From contig JBBRLI010000002.1 of assembly GCA_038231455.1 (NCBI GenBank), positions 196,337 to 260,336 on the forward strand: DNA of 64,000 nt, read 5' to 3'. This stretch comes from Vulcanimicrobiales bacterium (GTDB lineage: Bacteria > Vulcanimicrobiota > Vulcanimicrobiia > Vulcanimicrobiales > Vulcanimicrobiaceae). The translations under genes and the position numbers were made by a program. Below, piece after piece: positions 19,828 to 31,071 of this stretch (position 1 is its first letter; every line of letters begins with the position of its first letter). The notes under the pieces are model-generated. The model saw nothing but the letters and a program-made list of their open reading frames with translations, was not told the DNA's origin and searched no databases.

Positions 19828-21021
19828 ATGATTACCATGTTGAGTCTTCGATGGACCCGGATTGCGTCGCTCGCGCTCACCGTCGCGGTTGGCGCTGGAG
19901 CGACTCCCGCGCGCGCAGCAGACGAGCCATATGAAATCAATGCGATCGTCTCGCTCACCGGCAGCGCCGCGTTTCTTGGAAAAGAACAGCAGCAGGCGCT
20001 CGAGGCGATCGAAAAAGCGCAGAACGCCAAAGGCGGAATTCGCGGCCGAAAAATTCATTTCTCGATCGCCGACGACCAGTCAAATCCGCAGATCGCCGTG
20101 CAACTGACGAATGCCGTGATCGCAAAACACGTGCCGGTCATCCTCGGCTCGACGCTCGTCGCTCAGTGTAATGCGATGGCGGCGGTCGTGCGTGAAAACG
20201 GGCCGCTGCAGTATTGCTTCTCGCCGGGAATCCATCCGGATCGCGAGAGCTATACCTATTCGACTAGCGTCTCGACAAAAGAACTCGCGCTCGTCATGGT
20301 GCGCTACTTCCACAAACGCGGTTGGAACCGGATCGCCGTTATGACCTCGACGGATGCAACCGGTCAGGATGCCGAACGCAATTTCGCCGCGGCGTTTGCG
20401 GCCCCGGAAAACAAAGGAACCCAACTGGTGGTCCAGGAGCATTTCAATCCGAGCGACGTCAGCGTCAACGCGCAATTACAGCGCGTCAAAGCAGCGAATC
20501 CGCAAGTGTTCGTCGCCTGGACGACGGGCACGCCGTTCGGCACCGTGCTGCGCGGTATCGCAGAGACCGGGTTCAACATCCCGATCGGCGGCGGCAATGG
20601 CAACATCATCTACGCGCAGATGAAACAGTACGCGGCGTTTTTGCCAAAAGAATTGCTCTTTGCGGGAGTCGAATATTTCCGCGATCCCAAAGACATCCGC
20701 GGCGGTCCGCTCAAAACCGCGATCCAGCAGTTCAACGCGGCGTTCGCACCGCAACGTCCGGACCTCGGTCAGGGGCTCGCGTACGACGCGACGATGATCG
20801 TGATCGACGCACTCAAGAAATACGGGACCAATGCCACCGCCGCCCAACTGCGCGAGTACATCAACGGGCTCAACGGCTATATCGGAACGCACGGCGCCTA
20901 TCATTTCGGGACGGGCGATCACCGGGGTCTGGGCGTCGGGAATGCGACGATGGTGCGCTATGACGCCGCAAAAGATCTCTTCGAGGCGGTCAGTAAACCC
21001 GGCGGCGACCCACTGAAATAA
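19828..21021 (+). CDS. Branched-chain amino acid (LivK-type) ABC substrate-binding protein
   Basis: GGAGG RBS; SLTGSAAFLG, GGIRGRKI, DDQSNP motifs. Confidence 0.88.
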   Translation: MITMLSLRWTRIASLALTVAVGAGATPARAADEPYEINAIVSLTGSAAFLGKEQQQALEAIEKAQNAKGGIRGRKIHFSIADDQSNPQIAVQLTNAVIAKHVPVILGSTLVAQCNAMAAVVRENGPLQYCFSPGIHPDRESYTYSTSVSTKELALVMVRYFHKRGWNRIAVMTSTDATGQDAERNFAAAFAAPENKGTQLVVQEHFNPSDVSVNAQLQRVKAANPQVFVAWTTGTPFGTVLRGIAETGFNIPIGGGNGNIIYAQMKQYAAFLPKELLFAGVEYFRDPKDIRGGPLKTAIQQFNAAFAPQRPDLGQGLAYDATMIVIDALKKYGTNATAAQLREYINGLNGYIGTHGAYHFGTGDHRGLGVGNATMVRYDAAKDLFEAVSKPGGDPLK

Positions 21022-21023
21022 CG

Positions 21024-22913
21024 GTGGAGGCCGCACTCTCGATCGCGATCGGCGGTCTGGTTCAAGGGTCGGTGTTCGCACTCGTTGCGATTGGATTTGC
21101 GCTCGTGTTCCGGGTAACGGGCGCCGTCAATCTCGCGCAGGGTGCATTCGTCGTGCTCGGCGCACTTGCGACGTACTCGTTCGAGCAGACGCTGCACTGG
21201 CCGCTGCCACTTGCCGCTCTCGCAGCGCTTATCGTCGCCGCGGTCGTCGGATTTCTCGTTGCCGTCGGCATCTTTGCGCCGGGGTTGCGGCGCCTGCCCC
21301 CCGGCGGCATGGTCATCCTCACGGGCGGTCTGCTCACGCTATTCGAGGGTGCGGCGCTGCTGGTGTGGGGCAGTCAGCCGTATCAACTTCCGCCATTTTC
21401 CGGCTATGTGCCCGTTGCGTTCGGCCCGTTTCACGTTCCCTCACAGTCGCTCTGGGATCTTGGAATCACGGCGATCGTCATCGCGCTCTTAGGCTACGTC
21501 CTGCAAGGGACGGCGTTCGGTAAAGCACTGCGCGCGTGCGCGGAAAATCCGGCGGCCGCGACGCTCATGGGCATCGATGTCGAGCGCGTTCGCGTGCTCT
21601 CGTATACCGTAGCAAGTGTCCTTGGCGCGCTCAGCGGCATTGCGATCGGGCCGATCGTTTCGCTCCAATTCGATGCGGGCCGGTTCTTTACGGTGTACGG
21701 ATTTATTTCCGTTGCGATCGGCGGTATGGGATCGCTTGTCGGCGGGCTGCTCGGGGGACTGGGCATCGGGCTCTTGCAGCAGCTCGGTGCCGCCTACGTG
21801 TCGTCGATTTTTGCAACGACGCTTGCGATCGGTTTACTCATCCTGGTGCTGGTATGGCGACCGAGCGGACTGCTCGGCGGTGGGGTGCGTCGCGAAGACA
21901 ATCGCGCGAGCGGCGGGCACCGCATGCGAGTGCGAGCGCAACTGCCGCGCCGCCTCGCACTCGTCGTCGGCGTCCTCGCAATCGCGATCGTGGCCGTCGT
22001 CCCGCTCATCGCCGGCGCCGGTGTCCTCAGTTCGCTCACCATCGCCGGCGTGCTCTTCATTGCGCTCCTCGGACTCGATGTGCTCATGGGCTTCGCGGGA
22101 CAAATCAGTTTAGGTCATGCCGCGTTCGTCGCAATTGGCGGCTACGGCGCGGCGATCTCCGTGCTCCGATTTGGTGTACCGCCGCTTGCGGCGATCTTCG
22201 TCGCGCTGGTTGCATCGTTGCTTGCGGCGACCGTGCTGGCGGCAATCACGGTGCGGCTGCGCGGAATCTATCTTGCGCTCGCGACGCTTGCGTTCGGTCT
22301 GCTCGTCGATTCGCTCACCGTCGGTCTCTCCGACCTCACCGGCGGTCCCTCGGGATTGACCGGTATCCCGCATTTTTCGATCGGCTCGTTCGTGTTCACC
22401 GATCCCCGCGCGAACTATTATCTCATCTGGGGTGTGGCGCTTGCGATCTTCGCGATTTTGCTCGGACTTCTGCGGTCGGATTTCGGACGCGCGCTCCGCG
22501 CGCTGCGCACGGATCAAACCGCCGCACTCGCGCTGGGCATCGACGTGCCGAAGTACAAACGCTACGCCGTGATGATCGCCGCCGCGTGCGCGTCGATCGC
22601 GGGCAGTCTGTACGCGTTCGATTTCCAATTCTTCTCACCCGAAATGGTGAGTACGCCGCGGTCGCTCGAAATGGTCACGATGCTCGTCATCGGCGGCGAA
22701 GGCACCCTTGCCGGACCATTGCTCGGCGTCCTGTTGATCGTGCTTTTGCCGACCGTGATCCAGCCGCTCGCGCAGGCAAAAACGCTCTTCGCGGGCGCCG
22801 TGCTCGTGAGCGGGCTCCTGTTCTTGCCAAACGGCGTACTCGGCGCGATTGCGGCACGTCTTGCGCCGGTCGAACGACTCGATGACGCAGCGGACACGGC
22901 GGAGGCGGCATGA
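21024..22913 (+). CDS. Fused LivH-LivM ABC permease
   Basis: Two permease halves: GAVNLAQG...FGKALRA and GFAGQISLGHAAF...FGRALRA. Confidence 0.9.
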   Translation: MEAALSIAIGGLVQGSVFALVAIGFALVFRVTGAVNLAQGAFVVLGALATYSFEQTLHWPLPLAALAALIVAAVVGFLVAVGIFAPGLRRLPPGGMVILTGGLLTLFEGAALLVWGSQPYQLPPFSGYVPVAFGPFHVPSQSLWDLGITAIVIALLGYVLQGTAFGKALRACAENPAAATLMGIDVERVRVLSYTVASVLGALSGIAIGPIVSLQFDAGRFFTVYGFISVAIGGMGSLVGGLLGGLGIGLLQQLGAAYVSSIFATTLAIGLLILVLVWRPSGLLGGGVRREDNRASGGHRMRVRAQLPRRLALVVGVLAIAIVAVVPLIAGAGVLSSLTIAGVLFIALLGLDVLMGFAGQISLGHAAFVAIGGYGAAISVLRFGVPPLAAIFVALVASLLAATVLAAITVRLRGIYLALATLAFGLLVDSLTVGLSDLTGGPSGLTGIPHFSIGSFVFTDPRANYYLIWGVALAIFAILLGLLRSDFGRALRALRTDQTAALALGIDVPKYKRYAVMIAAACASIAGSLYAFDFQFFSPEMVSTPRSLEMVTMLVIGGEGTLAGPLLGVLLIVLLPTVIQPLAQAKTLFAGAVLVSGLLFLPNGVLGAIAARLAPVERLDDAADTAEAA

Positions 22914-23686
22914 AATCGCTCGTCGTCGATCGCGTGAGCAAGTCATTCGGCGGCGTGCGTGCGACCGACGATGTCTCCTTTACCGTTGAAGCCGGGACGC
23001 TCACCGCACTCATCGGTCCGAACGGCGCGGGCAAAAGCACACTCTTTAATGTGATGACCAATCTCTACCGGGTGGATTCGGGGACGATCGCATTTGACGG
23101 AACGAATCTCGCTGGACTGGCAAGCGACCGCATCGCGCGACTGGGCCTCGTGCGCACGTTCCAAACGGCGCGCGTGTTCGGCGGCATGACCGTCCTCGAA
23201 AACGTTCTCGCGGGGATGCACGTTCATGCCAAGACCCCGCCGTGGATGCATGCGCTCGGTTTGCCGCAAGCGCGCTCGGAGGAGCGCGCTCTCGTCGTGC
23301 GCGCGGATGCAATCCTCGAAGCCTTTGGCATCGCGCATCTGCGCGACCGCGACGCAAGCGCGCTTGCACTCGGCAATCAAAAGATCGTCGAACTCGCGCG
23401 CGCGCTCATCGCGCGTCCAACGATGTTGCTGCTCGACGAACCGGCTGCGGGACTCAACGATCTCGAAACGGCGACGCTCGCGCGACTGCTGCATGCGATC
23501 CACGCCTCCGGCACAACGGTGTTCGTCGTGGAGCACAATATGTCGCTCGTGATGGGAATCGCGGACCGCATCCTCGTCCTCGATGCGGGACGATTGATCG
23601 CAAGCGGATCGCCGCGCGAAATCCAAGCGAACGCGGCGGTGATCGAAGCGTACGTCGGCCGTGCGCCGGACGGGGCGCCGGCATGA
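22910..23686 (+). CDS. LivG-type ABC ATPase
   Basis: GPNGAGKS, LLLDEPAAG, VEHNM, VIEAYVG. Confidence 0.92.
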   Translation: MKSLVVDRVSKSFGGVRATDDVSFTVEAGTLTALIGPNGAGKSTLFNVMTNLYRVDSGTIAFDGTNLAGLASDRIARLGLVRTFQTARVFGGMTVLENVLAGMHVHAKTPPWMHALGLPQARSEERALVVRADAILEAFGIAHLRDRDASALALGNQKIVELARALIARPTMLLLDEPAAGLNDLETATLARLLHAIHASGTTVFVVEHNMSLVMGIADRILVLDAGRLIASGSPREIQANAAVIEAYVGRAPDGAPA

Positions 23687-24483
23687 TGCTCGAACTGCGC
23701 GGCCTTTACGCGGGCTATGGCTCCGCAAGCGTCCTCCACGACGTGAATCTCGATGTCGGTGATGGTGAGACCGTCGCCCTCGTCGGCGCGAACGGAGCCG
23801 GGAAATCGACGTTACTCAAATCGATTTCCGGCCTCGTGCGAAGCACGTCGGGGAGGATGGCGTTTTCCGGAGCAGACCTCGCGGTGATGCCGCCTGCGCG
23901 CCGGATGGGCGCGGGGCTCGCGCACGTTCCCGAAGGACGCGAAGTCTTCGGCGGTCTGAGCGTCGGAGACAATTTGCGACTCGGCGCGTACGCCAATCGC
24001 CGGTCGGTGGATGCGCGCGAACTCGATCGCCGTCTCGACGACGTTCTGGCGCGCTTTCCCGTTCTGCGAACGCGCCTCGGCGATGCGGCGGCGGACCTCT
24101 CGGGCGGACAACAGCAGATGCTCGCGATCGGACGCGGCCTGATGGCGCGTCCGAAATTGCTCTTGCTCGACGAACCCTCGCTCGGACTCTCACCGGCCCT
24201 CGTGAGCGAGATCTTCCGGGTGATCGCCGACATGCGCGACCTCGGCATGAGCATCCTCATCGCAGAACAAAACGCGCGCATGACGCTTGCTATTGCGGAC
24301 CGTGCGTACGTGCTCGAAAACGGGCGCGTCGTCGCAAGCGACACGGGTGCGAATCTGCTGCACGCCCCACAGATCGTCGAGCGCTATTTAGGTATGGGCG
24401 ACTCCGAGGTTGATGTCCGCTCCGATCCACGCGCAAGCGCCCTCGCGCAGCGCCTGCAGACGATCTTCGCCGACGGATCTTGA
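23683..24483 (+). CDS. LivF-type ABC ATPase
   Basis: ATG 23683 (ATGA overlap); GANGAGKS, VPEGR, LSGGQQQ, LDEPSLGLSP. Confidence 0.92.
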   Translation: MMLELRGLYAGYGSASVLHDVNLDVGDGETVALVGANGAGKSTLLKSISGLVRSTSGRMAFSGADLAVMPPARRMGAGLAHVPEGREVFGGLSVGDNLRLGAYANRRSVDARELDRRLDDVLARFPVLRTRLGDAAADLSGGQQQMLAIGRGLMARPKLLLLDEPSLGLSPALVSEIFRVIADMRDLGMSILIAEQNARMTLAIADRAYVLENGRVVASDTGANLLHAPQIVERYLGMGDSEVDVRSDPRASALAQRLQTIFADGS

Positions 24484-24944
24484 GCGGGAGGACGACGGTG
24501 AGTGCCTTCGATGTCGACCCGACGCAGAGCGTTGGTTACCTCATTCGCGATTCTTCGCGGCTCATTTTAGCGCGCTTGCAAACGCTGCTCGAGCCCCACG
24601 GCGTGACGCTGGGACAATATTTCGTCTTGCGCGAGCTCTGGCAAAACGAGGGTCTCACGCAGCGCGAACTCAGCGAACGCATCGCGATTCAAGAACCCTC
24701 GACCGTTGCGGCAATCGACGCGATGGAGAAGCGCGATCTCGTCGTTCGCGTGCGCAGCAAAGCGGACCGGCGCAAAATCCATCTCTATCTGACGGCCTAC
24801 GGCCGGAGTTTACGCGGCGACCTTCTGGGCGCGGCGGCCAGCATCATCAATGGTGCAACCGCCGACCTGAGCGCAGTCGAACTCGACACGCTGCGCGCGC
24901 TTTTGGTGCGCGTAAAAGACAACCTAGGGAGAACCGATGCTTAG
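24480..24944 (+). CDS. MarR-family transcriptional regulator
   Basis: GLTQRELS...wing DRRKIHLYLT; start may be GTG 24498. Confidence 0.9.
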   Translation: MSGRTTVSAFDVDPTQSVGYLIRDSSRLILARLQTLLEPHGVTLGQYFVLRELWQNEGLTQRELSERIAIQEPSTVAAIDAMEKRDLVVRVRSKADRRKIHLYLTAYGRSLRGDLLGAAASIINGATADLSAVELDTLRALLVRVKDNLGRTDA

Positions 24945-25632
24945 CGATCTCGTCCTTGCCAACCACATCCTCGCCGATCACGAGGTGGTCGATTCGTTCG
25001 GCCATATCTCGATGCGCCACCCCGAGCGGCCCGATCGCTATCTCCTCTCGTGTTCGCGCGCGCCGTATCTTGTGACCGAAGACGACATCATGGAATACAC
25101 GCTCGAGAACGAACCCGTCAAACCCGACCGTCGTGCGATGTATTTGGAGCGCCCGATCCATGGGCGCATCTATGCCGCGCGTCCCGACGTCCACTCCGTC
25201 TGTCACAACCACGCGCCCTCGACCATTCCATTCGGTGTCACGGGAACGAACCTTAAGCCGATCTTTCACATGGCCGCATCGATCGGATCGAACGTGCCGA
25301 TTTGGGATATCGCGAAAAAGTTCGGCGACACGAGCCTGCTTGTGACCAACAATGCTATGGGCGATGATCTCGCGCAAACGCTCGGTCAAAATCGCGTCGC
25401 ATTGATGCGCGGCCACGGCGGCGTCGTTACGGGCAAAGACGTGCGCGACGTCGTCTTTACGTCGATCTATCTCCACGCAAACGCGCAACTGCTGACCAGT
25501 GCCCTTGCGCTCGGCAAGGTCCATTACCTCAGCGACGGCGAGATCGAGGCCGCGACGAGTGCGATGCTCGGTCCCTCGCCGCGTAATCGGGCATGGGAGA
25601 GTTGGGTCAAGCGGGTCTCGCCCGCCGGCTAG
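24937..25632 (+). CDS. Class II aldolase/adducin-family protein
   Basis: LVLANHILA...SFGHISMRHP, YLERPIHGRIYAARPDV..VCHNH, LMRGHG. Confidence 0.9.
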   Translation: MLSDLVLANHILADHEVVDSFGHISMRHPERPDRYLLSCSRAPYLVTEDDIMEYTLENEPVKPDRRAMYLERPIHGRIYAARPDVHSVCHNHAPSTIPFGVTGTNLKPIFHMAASIGSNVPIWDIAKKFGDTSLLVTNNAMGDDLAQTLGQNRVALMRGHGGVVTGKDVRDVVFTSIYLHANAQLLTSALALGKVHYLSDGEIEAATSAMLGPSPRNRAWESWVKRVSPAG

Positions 25633-25684
25633 CCTCGCTTTGGGCGGTATCGCCGCGCGTGTTGTCGCAATAAACACCACCATC

Positions 25685-27262
25685 ATGCCGCTCGATTATT
25701 CTAAACCGCTCCGCGTTCGTTTTGCACCCTCGCCCACGGGGATGCTGCACGTCGGTGGTGCGCGCACCGCACTCTTCAATTATTTACTCGCCCGGAAAAC
25801 CGGCGGTGTCTTTGTGCTGCGCATCGAGGATACGGATGAATCGCGCAACCGCGTCGAGAGCGAAGCGGCGATCTATGAAGATCTCCGCTGGCTCGGCATC
25901 CGCTGGGATGAGGGTCCGGATATCGGCGGCGCGTTCGCGCCGTACCGACAGTCCGAACGCGGACCGATCTACGCCGAAGCGGCGCAGCGACTGCTCGCAA
26001 GCGGCGCGGCGTACAAATGCTACTGCACCTCCGAAGAACTCGAGGCGGATCGGCACGAGCAGAAGGCCCGCGGCATCCACGCGACGCGGTACTCGGGACG
26101 TTGCCGGAATCTCACCGCTGCCGAGCGCGCAGCGTTCGAATCCGCAGGACGCGCGTACTCGATCAATTTCGCCGTCAATCCCGGCACCACCGTCGTCGAC
26201 GATCTGATCAAGGGCCGCGTTGCCTTCGACCACGACACGATCGGCGATTTCGTCGTCGTCAAATCGACCGGCGGACCGCTCTACAATTTCACTGCTGCCG
26301 TCGATGATGCGATGATGGAAATCTCGCTCGTGCTGCGCGGCGACGAACATCTCGACAACACGCCGCGCCAGATGATGCTGCAAGGAGCCCTCGGCCTGCA
26401 TCGACCGATGTACGCACACGTTGGGCTCATCCTCAACGAAGACAAATCCAAACTTTCCAAACGCCACAATACGGTTGGCACGGATCAGTTCCGCAAGCAG
26501 GGAGTGCTCTCGACGGCGCTCATCAACCATCTCGCGCTCCTGGGCTGGTCGCCCGGCAGCGATCGCGAAGCGTTTACACTCGATGACCTCGTGCACGACT
26601 TCACGCTCGAACGCGTCGGCAAATCGGGCTCGATTTTCAACGAGACGCGATTGCGCGCGTTCAACCAGCGCGAACTCCAAGCGTTGCCGCGCGCAGAATA
26701 CGTCGCGATGCTCACGCGTGCAATGCAAGTAGCCGGGCTGATGGAGGCAGAACCGCCGCCGGCGGCCCAGCGCTGGGTCGAGACCTTCATCGATGCGTAC
26801 GGTGAGGAGATCCACACGATTGCCGATGCGATTCCGCTCGTCGAGAAACTGCGGAACGAAGGCGTTGTCGTTCCGGCCTTAGAGCTCGAGCGATTGCGCA
26901 ACCGTGAGGTGCTCTTCTTTTTAGATGCGATCTCGCAGTATGTGGACTCGCTCTCCGAACTTCGCGATTTACCCCTCAGCAAAACGATTCCGGCGATCGC
27001 CGATGAGTTCCGGATCAAGAAGAAGGACGCGTTCCAAGCGGTCCGGATGGCGCTCATGGGCGACCTCCACGGACCGCCGCTTCCGCTGCTCTTTCCCCTG
27101 CTCGGTCACGACCGCATCATGATGCGCATCGGCCAGATTAACTCGCACGTGCTCCACGGCCGCGGGCTCGAACCGATCAAATATGGCCCGGGCGGCGAGC
27201 CGTTCCAGACGATCCAACCGACGCCGCCGCCTGCCCCGGCAACCGACAAGGGCTCCGCGTAG
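25685..27262 (+). CDS. gltX: Glutamate--tRNA ligase
   Basis: RVRFAPSPTGMLHVGGARTAL, LRIEDTD, KLSKR. Confidence 0.96.
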   Translation: MPLDYSKPLRVRFAPSPTGMLHVGGARTALFNYLLARKTGGVFVLRIEDTDESRNRVESEAAIYEDLRWLGIRWDEGPDIGGAFAPYRQSERGPIYAEAAQRLLASGAAYKCYCTSEELEADRHEQKARGIHATRYSGRCRNLTAAERAAFESAGRAYSINFAVNPGTTVVDDLIKGRVAFDHDTIGDFVVVKSTGGPLYNFTAAVDDAMMEISLVLRGDEHLDNTPRQMMLQGALGLHRPMYAHVGLILNEDKSKLSKRHNTVGTDQFRKQGVLSTALINHLALLGWSPGSDREAFTLDDLVHDFTLERVGKSGSIFNETRLRAFNQRELQALPRAEYVAMLTRAMQVAGLMEAEPPPAAQRWVETFIDAYGEEIHTIADAIPLVEKLRNEGVVVPALELERLRNREVLFFLDAISQYVDSLSELRDLPLSKTIPAIADEFRIKKKDAFQAVRMALMGDLHGPPLPLLFPLLGHDRIMMRIGQINSHVLHGRGLEPIKYGPGGEPFQTIQPTPPPAPATDKGSA

Positions 27263-27276
27263 TTTAAACGGGCGAC

Positions 27277-27928
27277 GTGGCACGAACAGCGCTCGAACTC
27301 TTTCTCTCCGACCTGCGGGCGCCGGTCGAACGCGACCCGGCGGCGGGCGGCTATATCGACGTGTTGCTCTCGTATCCCGGTTTTCACGCGATCACCGCGC
27401 ATCGTGCGATTCACGCGCTGCATAAAATCGGCATCCCGGTGCTGCCGCGGTTTCTTGCCGAACTCGTGCATCGAGCGACGGGGATCGATATCCATCCCGG
27501 CGCCACGATCGGTAAGGGATTTTTCATCGACCACGGCACCGGCGTCGTCATCGGCGGAACGGCGATCGTCGGCGATGACGTCACGCTCTACCAGGGCGTC
27601 ACGCTTGGCGGGACGTCGCTTGCGCGCACGAAGCGCCATCCGACAATCGGCAACAACGTCACCGTCGGCGCGGGGGCAAAAGTGCTCGGCGACATCACGG
27701 TGGGTGACAACGTGAAAGTCGGCTCGAATTCCGTCGTGGTGCGCGACGTACCGCCGAACTCCACCGTCGTCGGTATTCCGGGCCGAGTCGTCTTGCAAGA
27801 CGGCAAGCCCGTCCCCCTTACCAGTCGTGCCCAAGTCGATATGCCCGACCCTCAGCAGCTTCTGATCGTGCAACTGACCGCTCGCGTTGAAGCACTCGAG
27901 GCGCGTCTTGCCGAACGCGAGCGGAACG

Positions 27929-27948
<20 letters not shown>
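27277..27948 (+). CDS. cysE: Serine O-acetyltransferase
   Basis: ERDPAA, TGIDIHPGATIG.GFFIDHG, KRHPT, VVGIPG. Confidence 0.96.
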
Positions 27949-29355
<1,407 letters not shown>

Positions 29356-29377
<22 letters not shown>

Positions 29378-30297
29378 AGCCTCCGCGCACGCCGGGCGCG
29401 GCTCCGGTTGGCAACGGAAAACTCTCGCGCCCGCAAGGCTTCGGCGGCTCGGGCAAACCGCGACCCGGTTTTGGCACCGGCAAACCGCGCGCACCAAAGC
29501 CCGCCGGCGATGCGGTCGGAGGTGAACGCCGTCCGCCGCGCGTCGATCTCGATGATGTGATCTACGGCGTGCATGCCGTCGAAGAAGCGCTCGCGGCGGG
29601 CGATGGCATTCGCAAATTGCACGTCGGCGAAGATCGTAAAACCGATCCGGCACTACGCGCGCTCCTCGATCGCGCACGGGCCGCAAACGTCGTGATCCGC
29701 TTCGAGCACCGGGCCTTTTTTGCAAGCTTCCCGTACAAGGCGCACCAAAGCGTCGTCGCGTTCGGCGAGCCGTTCGACTACATCTCGCTCGAGGAAGCAA
29801 TCACGCTCGGCAAAAAGGGCGTCGCGTCGACGTTCGTCGTGCTCGACCACGTCACCGACCCGCACAACGTCGGCGCGATCGTCCGCACCGCCGAATGCAT
29901 TGGAGCGACGGCCGTCATCATCCCGGAGCGCCGCGCAGCCGGGATCAACGCGACCGTCCGCAAGTCCTCAGCTGGCGCGACGGCCTACATGCCGATCGCC
30001 CGGGTCGCCAACATCGCACAAGCGATCCGCGCGATGAAGAAGGCGGGGATCTGGATCGCCGGAGCGGCGCTGGCGGCCGACGCCGTCGACTACACGCAGG
30101 CGGACTTCAAGCGGGACATTGCAATTGTCATCGGCGCCGAGGGCGACGGAATCGGGCCGCTGGTGCAGCGAGAGTGCGATTATTTGGTCCGCATTCCCCT
30201 CGAAGGGAAGGTCCAATCCCTCAACGCCTCGGTCGCTGCGGGAGTGCTGCTCTACGAAGTTATCCGTCAGAGGACGGTTCGCTCCGTAAAACCGTAA
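29356..30297 (+). CDS. rlmB: 23S rRNA (Gm2251) methyltransferase
   Basis: IYGVHAVEEAL, LDHVTDPHNVGAIVRTA, IGAEG, SLNASVA; Gly/Pro/Arg-rich N-terminal extension. Confidence 0.93.
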
Positions 30298-30305
30298 CGT
30301 GGTCC

Positions 30306-30337
30306 TTGACGCTAAAGTATAACCAAAGTTATACTTT
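30306..30337 (+). promoter_or_regulatory. Sigma70-type promoter with operator inverted repeat for TA operon
   Basis: TTGACG 30306-30311, TATACT 30330-30335; perfect IR AAAGTATAAC-N4-GTTATACTTT 30314-30337. Confidence 0.75.
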
Positions 30338-30341
30338 CGAT

Positions 30342-30575
30342 ATGAAAACGGCCGTTTCTCTTCCCAACGATCTGTTCGAAAGCGCCGAAGTTTTGGCCGA
30401 AGAACTCGGTTTCACGCGTAGCGAGCTGTATGCGCGCGCGGTCGATGACTATGTCCGAAAGCATCGTAAATCGGAGATCAAGAAGCGGCTCAAGGCGTTT
30501 TACGGTCAGGATGTCCCCTCGGACGCGGCGGTAACGCTCTACGCCCGCACGATCCTCGAGCGTTCTGAGTGGTAA
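30342..30575 (+). CDS. Ribbon-helix-helix antitoxin (MazE/ChpI-like)
   Basis: MKTAVSLPNDLF...TRSELYARAV RHH signature; directly upstream of PemK/MazF toxin. Confidence 0.85.
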   Translation: MKTAVSLPNDLFESAEVLAEELGFTRSELYARAVDDYVRKHRKSEIKKRLKAFYGQDVPSDAAVTLYARTILERSEW

Positions 30576-30910
30576 AACGCGGCGATCTTTGGTGGGCGAG
30601 TTTACAAAATCCGCGCGGTTCGGCCCCCGGCTACGATCGCCCGGTCGTCGTGGTCCAGTCCGACCTTTTGAACGAAACAGCAATTGGCACGTGTCTCTGC
30701 GCGATCGTCACCTCCAATCTCGGTTTTCTTCAGTCGGAAGGCAACGTCTCGCTTCGAACCGATGAATCGAGGCTGGCGAAAGACTCCGTGGTCAATGTGA
30801 CGCAGCTTTTGGCGATCGACCGGGCAGATCTCGTCGAACGTGTCACCTCCCTCACCGCAAAGACGATGCGAAAGATCGATTCCGGCATCCGGTTCGCGCT
30901 CGACCTCTGA
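30569..30910 (+). CDS. mazF: PemK/MazF-family toxin endoribonuclease
   Basis: RGDLWWA, RPVVVVQSD, LAKDSVVNVTQLLAIDR. Confidence 0.92.
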   Translation: MVKRGDLWWASLQNPRGSAPGYDRPVVVVQSDLLNETAIGTCLCAIVTSNLGFLQSEGNVSLRTDESRLAKDSVVNVTQLLAIDRADLVERVTSLTAKTMRKIDSGIRFALDL

Positions 30911-30938
30911 GGTCGCGAGCTTCCGACGCCGTCCGTCC

Positions 30939-30967
30939 TTGACGCCATAGGAGGAACCTCCTATAAT
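30939..30967 (+). promoter_or_regulatory. Near-consensus sigma70 promoter upstream of sigH
   Basis: TTGACG-17 bp-TATAAT; contains IR ATAGGAGG-AA-CCTCCTAT. Confidence 0.8.
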
Positions 30968-31071
30968 AGTTCGGATGTGCCCGGCTCGACGGGCTCCGGC
31001 CTGCGTTTTCGGCACATCGACCGGTCCCGGCGCTCGCTTGGCCGGTCCATTTCCCGAAGGTAGGACACCAC

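Noticed and set aside
21536-22885. 449-aa alternative-frame ORF
   Set aside because: Arg-rich off-frame shadow of the LivHM permease
27263-27276. T-box riboswitch between gltX and cysE as in Bacillus
   Set aside because: The intergenic gap is only 14 nt
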